In this document: piece by piece, positions 53,352 to 64,000 of the stretch
Numbering within the stretch: the first letter of the stretch is position 1
Layout of the letters: the number at the start of each line of letters is the position of its first letter
Source: Eledone cirrhosa
Lineage: Eukaryota
Reading direction: 5' to 3'
NCBI GenBank assembly: GCA_964016885.1
Contig: OZ024740.1
Coordinates: forward strand, 149,854,001 to 149,918,000
Length of the DNA stretch: 64,000 nucleotides
The notes under the pieces: generated by a model
Databases searched by the model: none
Told to the model about the DNA's origin: nothing
What the model saw: the letters and a program-made list of their open reading frames with translations, nothing else
Translations under genes and position numbers: made by a program

Positions 53352-54570
53352 TATTTACATGGACAAGATTGACATGCGCAGCTTTGTTGGAAGTAGTATA
53401 ACTACTGGCGGGCGTAAAATCAGTCGGCTGGAATTTGCAGACGACATGTTGTTACTCAACTCGACAGAAGATGATCTTCGACTTGCATTTGATAGGTTTG
53501 ATGCTGAGTACTGTATGGCTGGAATGAAAATTAGTGCTGCGAAAACTGGGAACACGTCCTGTAGTGCATGCTACATGTGAATGGGGTTCCACTGAAGCAG
53601 GTAGAGAAGATCAAGTACCTCGGGGCTGTGTACACGGGTGATGGAAGGGAGGAGGCTGAATTAAGTGCAAGATTTGCTAAAGCTGGTGCTGTAAAACGCT
53701 AGCTTCACCATCAGTCAATCAGAAAAGGGAGGCAAGTGTAAAAGCCAAACTCACTGTCTTCAATTCGGTTTTCATGCCAACCCTTACCTATAGTCATGAA
53801 TATTGGGAAATACCGAAAGAATACGATCGTGAATACAGGCAGCCGAAATGGGATTCTTGCGAAGGGTCTTTGGAATAACATTACTCGATTAAGTGCGTTG
53901 CTCGAAGATTAGAGAGTCACTCCAGGTAAAGCTGCTACTTCTCCGAATTGAGAGATCACAGCTCCGATAATAGGGGCATGTGGTTAGAATGTCTCAGGAA
54001 ATAATCGCTGGACAGATTTTATGGGCAAAACCAACAAGTAGGAGACCCAGGAGTAGACCACGAGCAAGATGGTTGGATAAACCCATGCACTTTGCTGGTC
54101 ACGCTTTGGGATCCAGCCGGATCAGTTGGAGACGGTTGCTTTTGACAGGACCCGCTGGAAAGAATGCTTGAGGACTCTGCCCCACGACCCTCTCAGCAAT
54201 ACGTGGACGAAGAAAAGAAGATATATTCTTGTTTGACCGCAAACGGTTCCGATGACCAATGTTCCAGTTGTTCGACCAACACAACAGCCTACTCGTAAAA
54301 TTTATGTGCAGTGGCTGCGCATTCAGTCTCAAGAAACCCATTGTCGTGTACCAACCTGCCCCTGGTAAGCAGAACAATGAACCAAATATCTATGTGTATG
54401 GTAAATGACTTGGAGTGGCTGATCAGTTTGTCTATCTGGGATGCACTGTCAATCGATACAGCAATCCTAATGAAATTCCACAGAGGATTAGGAAAGTAAG
54501 TGATGCTTTCAGAAAGCTAGAAAGGTGCCCCTGGGGTATGCGAAACATATGCAAGAAAATATAGTTAAAT
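53352..54570 (+). mobile_element. RTE-type LINE fragments (copy)
   Basis: Same as 21300-22518. Confidence 0.78.
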
Positions 54571-57500
54571 GTTGTTGAGGTGTAAAACTTTGTCAATACT
54601 CTGATATGCCCAGTTCCTGGTTGGGTTGTTATTTCACTGAGGAACTGGAATCGTATGAATGTTAACGCCAAGTCAAACCACCCTAGATCCATAACCAAGG
54701 CAGTGGTGACGAGTGTTTCGGACAGGATCTCCAGCCTGTCCGCAAGTAAGGAAATATTCGATAACAACGCGGAATATTACAACGCAGCTCTAAATAATTT
54801 GGCACATAGCCAAAATATAACATATAGTCAGAAAAGCCGGGATGGGGATGGCCCAACGGACACCCACATCCGCATTGCCCGGGGGGGGGACCCTAACAAT
54901 GCAGGCAGAACAGGAACAAATAGGCACCACGAGCCCGACACCACCACACGGGCGTTGGTGACGAGTACGCTTAACCATGAGATGAAACCAAATATGAGTA
55001 GCAGTCTCAGGGTTGATGCTAACCACCCCAGGCCCGAGGACCCCGACCGCAGGACACGTGGGGGAGGGGGGAATGGGGGAACACCCCACGGAAGATCTCC
55101 CAGCACGGGCAACGACCACCCCACAGATTCGGGCCGTGAAAATAGCAAAATGTATAGCGCCCAAAGGGGAAGCAACAATGCGGGAACCACCAGCAACCCA
55201 ACAAATCTCCAACAACTCACGACGCCCCGATCCACACATATAGGAGGAGACACAGAAAAATCACGTGGTACAACCCTCCCTACTCAGCGGCCCTAAAGAA
55301 CAGCTTGGCCCGATCATTCTTTGGAGCACTTGATAAATGCTTCCCGAGGGACCATAGATACCACAGGATCTTCAAAAGACACACTGTGAAGATCTCGTAT
55401 TCCCCCACGAGAAATCTGTCCCAACATATAGCTAGCATCAACGGGAGAAGGCTTAAAAACCACATACAACCAGAAGATGGCAATACAAGCACTCAGCAGA
55501 ACCATGTGAAAGGAGGGAAGGGGGAACCCAGTGCCCACCCAAGAAACCCAAACAGACCCCCGCCCCACCGTGCCTGGGGGAAGACCACCATGTAAAACCT
55601 AACGGCAACCCCAATCTAGGCACGCAGAGGTCGACCACCCTCTGCAACTGCAGAAACCCCGAATCATGCCCCCTTGATAATGAATGCCTTAAGAAGAACC
55701 TAGTATACGGTTGTAGGGTTAAAACCCCCAACTCCGAACCCATCGACATAGGAGCCACATCAACGAGCTTCAAAGACCGCTGGTATAACCATCGCCATTC
55801 CTTCAATAAGGAGGCCAAAAGGAAAAGCACAGCTCTCTCCGACCTGATCTGGAAGCTTAAGCTGGACAGGACCCCGTACTCTCTGGCCTGGTCCATAATC
55901 AGGAAAGTACTACCCGATAAAGGGGGATCTTGCATATGCAAACTATGTCTGAACGAGACCCTCGAGATACTAAGAGGTTGAAGCGGCCTGATAAACCTCA
56001 GAACCGATTTCTTCGGGACATGCAGACACCTCAGGGCCGGGACCTTCCTCAAGATATATGGACAGTAGCAACACAATAAGATGTGAACTCCCCTCAAGCT
56101 ATAGGGACTTCTCCAGAACATGTAGACACCTCAAACTATATGGACAGTAACAGCACCATAGGTTGGGAACTCCCCTCAAGCCATAGGGACCAACCCAGGC
56201 TGAGCAGACACCATGAAAGCCTAGAGATTGATTCTGACACAGCCATTATAATTTAGCCAACATCTTTATAACACACACACATTTTAATTTACTTGATTTT
56301 TGATTTTTCAATTTTCAATTTTTCGATTTTGATTTCTCATTATTAATTTGTTATAAAGGGCGGTGGATTGGCAGTATCGGTAGAGGGTCGGATGCCATGC
56401 TTTCCAGCATAGTTACGTCCCTTTACGATCTGAGTTCAAATCCCGCCGAGGTTGACTTTGCCTTTCATCCTTACGGGGTCAATAAAATAAAGTACCAGTA
56501 ATACACTGGGTTTTTGCTGGCCTTCTGCCTAAAGTAGAAACAATTATTAATTTGTTATTTGTTTTCTGTTTTCTTCACTTTATCACCTTAATATTTAAGT
56601 TGAGATTGGTTATAACACAAACACATTTTATTTGATTATCCTATTTCGTTTTATTCTTTTACCATCTTGTTCCTCATACCAATCTATCCAACATATTTCT
56701 GACCTTGAGATTGGTTATAGCACACACACTATCTTATTTTATTTGAATCTTCATTTTATTTTCACTTTTCATTCCCATTTTCAGTACTTTTTCATTAATT
56801 TTTCATTTATTCTTTATTCTCTATATATTATTTATTTTCTGTTTTCTTCATTTTATTGCCTTCTATTTCTTCATATACATGGCAGACCCCACCCCACCCC
56901 CACCCCCATCACCACCACCACCAAAACGGGAGATGGTGGCAGGAGGGATGAAGAAACACACACACAGATACTTCTAAATTGTCAGCAGCAGCAAGATATA
57001 AGCTGACCACAACACCAGAAACACTACCAAAATAAGGGTAGAGGTCAGATGTACTTAACAATAGCAAACACTACAGGGAGCCCCACCCAGAAAGAATTTC
57101 TATAGACTTTGGACTGAGGAATGCTCTCAAAACTGACCAATGGGAAGTTTGACCTTACAAATTTTTATAACATCGAGATGGGTATAACACACACACAGAT
57201 TTTATTCGATTATTTTATTTTATTTTGTTCCTTTACCATCTTATTCCTTCTCCCACTTTGTCACTTTTTTTTTTTAGCTAACTCCAACAATAACAACACT
57301 ACCAACACAAGAATAGAGGTCAGATGTACCTCACAATAACAAGAACAACAAGTACAGATTGGCTTGCCTCAGAACGAATTTCTATAGACTTTTGACTGAG
57401 GAATGTTCTAACAACTGACCAATGAGAGGAGAAGAGGCCCTTTGACGCTGAAATTCGTTTGTTTGAATTCATATGGTTCCAGTTCCTCAGTGAAATAACA

Positions 57501-57682
57501 ATCCAACCAGGAACTGGGCATATCAGAATATTGAGAAAGTTATACACCTCAACAACCTGTGCACTTGTCTATACCACACTAATTCGGACTGTCTGAAGAG
57601 GTCACAGCCAAAGATGGCTGTCACCGAAATATATATAGCAGTAATAAACGAAGCCAAATTCTAAACATTTGACTTATTTATT
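54571..57682 (+). mobile_element. Naiad-type PLE family 3 (copy), with nested SINE at 56358-56548
   Basis: Same as 22519-25630. Confidence 0.9.
57588..57642 (+). ncRNA. Intact minimal HHR (copy of 25536-25590)
   Basis: Same motif as unit A. Confidence 0.87.
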
Positions 57683-57683
57683 T

Positions 57684-57903
<220 letters not shown>

Positions 57904-58343
57904 ATGTGAATGTGTCTGTTGACACCTGGAATATAGCTTAAGAGAAACATGACAATAATGATATGTCAGGCACCCAATATAGATTTATAGAATTCTCTTG
58001 ACCTTTGTCACTCTAAGTAGAGCATTAAAGAATTAGCTTTTAAAGAATTTCCCTTTTCTTTAAATCCATCAACCATGACCGACCCCCAACCATCTTATAG
58101 ACACCTGAAATATAGGCATTGTTAGCTTAAGAGAAACTTAAAAATAAGGCGTGCCACCCCAATTTGAACTTGTTTATAGAATTCTTTCTGCCTTTGTCAC
58201 TCTAAATATAAATTATAGCCTTAAACAATTAGCTTTTAATGAATTCCATTTTCTTTCAACCAATGACCTCCACCCATCCCACTCCCCATCCTCTCCTACC
58301 ACCTGAAAAGATATAAATAACACAACATTTATTTTGGAAAGCC

Positions 58344-58394
58344 AGATTCCTGATGAATTCTAAAGTATGAAACAGTTCTAGTCCTGTAGAATCT
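58344..58394 (+). ncRNA. Type I HHR (copy of 26322-26372)
   Basis: Same motif as unit A. Confidence 0.8.
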
Positions 58395-59644
58395 CATCTA
58401 TATTAAAACTATATATATATATATATACATCTCTGTCGTTCCCCACCCCCACCGATACTCCCCCACTCTCCATATTCGTGTCCGCATGCGCGCATGCACA
58501 TACATGTGTGTACATATACATATGGCTGTGTATGAGCGTGTGTCGATATGTGTGGGCAAGGATGTGCGTATGTGTTTTGTGTTGTGTGTGTTTATACAAC
58601 AATATATGTGCACATATATACATATATGTGTGTGCGTATACGTATATACAAAGTATCTGTCAGACGAAGAGCGTCTAGCTATGTATCTTTGTAAGGACCT
58701 TGACGCCACCAATACAACCACCACACCACCACAAACGCCGCTACCATAGACAACGGCACCAATACCACACCTCCACACACACGCCAACCCGTCTACTGAC
58801 AATCCACTAACCTCATACCACAGCCCATCCCACCAATCAAAACAACTCATTTTGTCAAACTCTTGAATCTCTGACTTTACCACATAGCATGTATTTCATT
58901 TTCTTATAGCATTTTAAGAGGGTCCGTCGAGCTGCCGATTATTGAGTCGGGTAGGATCGATATAGATCGAACCTTGAGCTGATCAGTGGCGAAACGCGCG
59001 TCACCTATCAATAAATGTAATGAAGGAATAATCAATCGTCCTTTTTATCCTTTCTCTCTCTCTATATATATATAAAGAAAAAAAGATGAAATCGAAAATG
59101 CAGCTGGAGTCTTATTTAAAATAATATATATATATTTATTTGGTTCCTTTACCGGTTTCGCAGTTCTTCTGCTTTTCAAAAGTAGAGTTGAGATGGAGGG
59201 TCTGTGGTTTTTCTCACATCTGGTTGGTCTCTGAATGTTACTTGTTTTATATGGAAAAAAGTGGCTCGAAATGCCAGGTTTTTCGAGAAGTAATTTGATT
59301 TGAGAAGCAATGATTATAATAAATTGCGAGCCAGTTCGCGTTACAAAGTTCTTCAAACAAGTCGGGGGGGGGGGGGGGGGGGGTCACAGGTTGTTTTTTC
59401 ATATATGAGTGTTTGAATTTCTTTTTACTTAAAAAAAGGGGGGCTCACGAAGGCTTTTTTTAAATAAACGTAATTTGATTGGTTATAAATGAAGTTATGG
59501 CTGTCACGTGAACAAGTTTTCATATAATTTTCGCGCCCTTATTTGGAAATCTATTCTGTAGCCTTTTTAGAGAATTTTATGACAAGCAAAAGATAATGGT
59601 CAAGAGAAATTGGATGGGAGAATTGTTCTGGTTCAGTGAATATG

Positions 59645-61100
59645 GTTAGTTCGCTGGGGTGTCAGAATTCAGATTTTCTATTGAAGTAAAGAAAGTAAAG
59701 ATATGTATGTTTATTTTTGGGCTTGTGTGTGTGTGTATGTGTATTGGAAGCTGTGTGTGTGCGTGTATACATATAATTAAATAAACGTATATAAATAAAT
59801 ACGTATATAACAAGCGCAAACACATACCTACATGTAAATACACATATGTTCGGATACGTACGTCAACCAAAACACAAAATACGCATATACCCACACCCTA
59901 CATACGTACGAACCCGCATACTCACACAGATGCAAAACTCACGTATACACAACCAAAAGCATATGTACAAGAATATATAATATATACGCTAAAACATATA
60001 CAATCAAATATACATACGAGAAAGTATACGTACCTTTACAAAACATACAGGTAATATATACTTACCTATACAAATAAGTAATGGTATAAACATAACATAT
60101 ACTTAGCTACCACATCAAGACGTGAAAAATCCGCGTTTGGTTCGTACTATCCGTTAGGGTATAATTTGGGGCTGTAATACAGGAAAGTTTTGTGCAATTT
60201 ATGTTTACAAGCCGAAATTGCCTCAGATTTTTTGTTTAAGATGTGGTCTTTGGCGTAGAGTATTTCCAGGGCCTCAGCGGCGCAGAGGTCACATGGTCTT
60301 TTATTTCCGTTATACGATCTAGCCTTAACTAGGATCTCCCAGTGTAACTTATATTGGGTGTGGTTGTGTTGTAGACTCCAGATATAAGCTGAAAGTGACA
60401 TCATATTCCTTCTTGAAGCATTACGAAAAGAATGGGTAAGCATGAAAAGACGCTGCTTGAATCTATTGGCGGTTAACCCTATGTAGGCCCTATGGGACGT
60501 GGTTGTTTCAACCTTACATTTGTAGACAATGTTACTAGAGAGGCATTTCCCGGATAGGGGGCAGTCAACCCGATTCCTACAATTACAGTTAGTACTAACT
60601 ACAGGGTTGCACGTGTTCCTACGGCTAGGTAGTTTAGCTAAATTTGAAGCTGTGATGTTATGTGCAAGGTTAGGAGTCGTAGAGTAAGACATTTTAATAG
60701 TATTTCTATTAAATATTTTACTATATTTATGTGTAGGGGGGAAATGCTTCCTAATAAGGGAGAGAAAGATCATAGCTAATGGTGTGGCCACCTCCATATT
60801 ATATGGTGGGCTATACCATATAATACGTCGGGATCTATTTCTTCTAGGTCTATTCTCGTACTCTGTATATGCTACCTTATCGTCAAATCCGCTCCGAGCA
60901 AGAGCTTCATTGTAATAAGTGGAATGGTCGTTGAAAATATGCTCGTTAGTAGATAGACGAGAAAGCCTCAAAGAATCGTTTCTTACCAGGTTCTTGGTTA
61001 AGCTGGCAGGATGGTTATAATGCTTACTTATGTAATTAAGCGTATCATTCGGCTTTCTATACGGGTAGTGAAAGCCATTCGCTGGCGCCCATACTCATGT
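59645..61100 (-). mobile_element. Naiad-type PLE family 4 (copy; open frame 60971-60147)
   Basis: Identical 274-aa translation. Confidence 0.92.
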
Positions 61101-62274
61101 CGAATGGGGTACTATTAGATTTTTTAATCCAAATAGATTCGTCGAAATTAATCACCGACTTACGGGCATTGAGGATGACATCAACTTTGAAATCCTGCGT
61201 GCGTGTGAATATCTGGATGTGTTAGTAAAATTTATGTCTGTATAGAGGTGCGGGCACACACGAATCAAGAGTATAATCAATACAATGTGAAAGTTGATAT
61301 TTGTATTCACAGCTGAATCATTCATACCTTAATAGACGTTTCATAGGTCGATACGTCTTACTCCTTCAGATGATTTTGAATAAGAACTGATTAGCGTAAG
61401 TGTTTAGGTATCGTTTGTTTATAGAGATATGAAGCGCTTCTAATTTCAGAAAGGATAGCAAATCTAACACCAGCTTCCTTGCGATTTAAAAAAAAAATAT
61501 AATCTGCATTCGGAAAGAATATTGCAACTGTGCTTACACTACCTTCTTTTGTCAGCGAAGCTTTTAATTCAAAAACTTTAGATATATTTTCCTTAAAACA
61601 ACCGTAGTTATACATCACCTGCCAGAAAAGGTAACTATTTCAAACTTAATCAAGGTGGCCATCATCTAACAGTGAAGTCTCTGAGAAAGCAGCTAGATCT
61701 ACGTTCCATTAACTCCGTTATTGTGCAACTAGTGCATATGTCTTTCACACATACATTCACTCTTGATACGCAGCATTGTACGCTGATTCTAACACTCAAT
61801 ATTTATGTTCCAATCAGACATTGTGTACTTTGTCGATGTTTTGAAAGTGTAAATGAATAGCCATCACTTGCACCAAACTTACCAGACAGAAAAGGTTGTA
61901 ATTTTGGATTCACTTTTTCCAGAACCTGCCTGGCATTGAGTTTGTAGTGTTCTTTAAACACCTACGCAGCAACCGAATCCTCTCGCTCGGAAACCGTTTT
62001 GTGTCTAACATAAGTTGATTGCATGTATGTTGATGATTACATGTTTCTAATTCGCATGATTTATGAAAAAGGTGGTGGAGTAGCAACGAGCATAAGAGTT
62101 GTGAATTTTTTGTTTGTTTGCACGATTAAGTGTGTGTGCGCGCGCGTGTGTGTTATTGTATATATGCATGTATTACATGTGTATATGCAGCATATAGGAA
62201 TATCAGTCAGAGATAACAACTCTATCAAATAGCCGTCATGCTCTTGCCCTGCAAGTTTAGCTAGAAAACTTTGG

Positions 62275-63115
62275 TTTCTGATCGTCTCTCAATTCTCACA
62301 TATCACGCCTAATAGCTCTCTGTGCCTACCGATGATCATACACCAGGTAACTGCCTCGACTGACAGACTATGTGTCAAGAGTGGAGCTTCTCACTCCTCA
62401 GAGACTCTTCCGACTTTGTGGATGGAATATCATTGCTAAGTAGGCATCGGCCAGTCATTGTGATCATCAGTGAAGCACTCTGTCCTGTCACCGGGAGGTC
62501 ATGTGTCTCACCGTTTGTGGCTAAGTACATGCGTTTGGTGCCGTGCAGTGACAGAAGCACCTCAGTCAAAGCAAGCGCAAGTTTTTCTTCTCATGGTGAT
62601 TGATTGAGGGGTAACATCGATGGATATAGTTCAACAGACAGTCGTTCGTCTCAATCCGGCATAAGGAGGCCATGGTGTTACGTTCGTTGCCTTACTGAAC
62701 TGGAGCCATAATGGAACTCGGCAGCTTACACGGTGATCAACCAGCCAATAGTAGGAGTAGCGCTGGTTACACCCACAGGACACGGACCTAAAAAATGTAG
62801 AATAAAATATACTCGTTCCAAACTTCTACTGACGATTGGCTGCAGTTGGTGGCTAGTCCAAGTTTTGCAGTCGAAACAACAGATACTCTTCTGCTGTTTT
62901 CACGAGTACAAGGAATATTCACATATTGCTGGACCAAAAGAGAGCTAACAGGCCTGAGAGTTGTTCTGCCATGCTTGGCCTCAAACAATGCAATATTGAC
63001 ATTGATGGCTTAGAAGAAACTCGTATATCCGGTGAAGAACAACTCACAGAAGTTTTAGCTGGCTACACTTTTGGCTGGAAAGGCTATCTGGAAGACCGAC
63101 TCTGCATCATGGTGT
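62275..63115 (+). mobile_element. RTE/BovB-type LINE 5' fragment (copy)
   Basis: Same as 30250-31090. Confidence 0.75.
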
Positions 63116-63328
63116 GTATATGAAGGGTTTGTGTTTCTGTTGTGGATTGTCTTGCGAGACAAACCACAACAGAAACAGAAACCGACCATCTCAATCTTAC
63201 TTTTGAAAATCATAAGAACTGTGAAACCGATAAAATAAATAAATATTCTTAAAAGACTCCAGCTGCATTTTCAATTTCTTTTCCTTACAATTTTACTTGT
63301 GTGGGACATCTTTTAAAAAACCTCATTT

Positions 63329-63382
<54 letters not shown>

Positions 63383-63473
63383 CGAAGGATATGTGGTAAG
63401 GAACCAAGTGGACCATAACGCACCAAAGTACTCAATACTTAGGGTAGTAGAGTGGATAATAGGAACGAGTAGG

Positions 63474-63570
63474 ACACCGACGGCTGAGCTCAAGCCGTTT
63501 CGACGGCTAATTCTGGACTAAATGAAAATTTTTATCCTGGTATATGAATAGCCGAGCTTCTCAGGGGGTA
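63474..63570 (-). ncRNA. HHR-like with extended stems (copy of 31445-31541)
   Basis: Same motif as unit A. Confidence 0.72.
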
Positions 63571-64000
63571 ATTCCATATATGGTAAAAGTGATTGTCACA
63601 AGGATTGGTCAAAAGTTTGTTGTTGAGACACATAATTATATCATGGCAATTTGTGGAAGGAAGGGGTAGCTGAACCTGCCAGTAGAAGATAGAGGGAGAG
63701 GGGGTGGAAGAAACCCAGTCGTGCGTTGATAGTGCCAACTACAGTAGGGCAGGAGGTCAAGCAAGTATACTAGGGAGGGGGAGGGGAGGAAGTCGAAACA
63801 ATAAGTAAAACAATATGGGGTAAATATATAGAAGAATACCAAGAATGTTAAAAGTATAAAAAAAAAACAATTTCTGGTTACTATTCCCTAACGACAGTCA
63901 TCAAGTCTCTCACTGGTACTGCTAAACTATAGAAAAGTTTACTAGGTGGGACGGAATTATAATGAGACCATTTTAAGAGTTAGTAGTAATCAACCGAGTA

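Overview
Eukaryotic, AT- and microsatellite-rich animal DNA. The tRNA-derived SINE and repeat landscape suggest an octopod cephalopod (inference). The window is a tandem array of ~32.1-kb units: the tail of a more diverged unit carrying a 3.77-kb deletion (1-912), one full unit (913-33010) and most of a nearly identical next unit (33011-64000). Each unit carries one host gene, a minus-strand two-exon secreted CE4 chitin-deacetylase-like gene (354 aa). Its signal-peptide exon lies 3.3 kb upstream of the ORF shown in the track. The rest is decayed retroelements: four Naiad-type Penelope-like element (PLE) families, another PLE remnant, CR1- and RTE-type LINE fragments and SINEs. By eye I find about 12 type I hammerhead-ribozyme (HHR) motifs per unit. 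These include a fold-back non-coding element family whose ribozyme and downstream hairpins show compensatory changes, and a PLE remnant that ends at its ribozyme cleavage site. All alignments and structures were read manually, so element boundaries are approximate.
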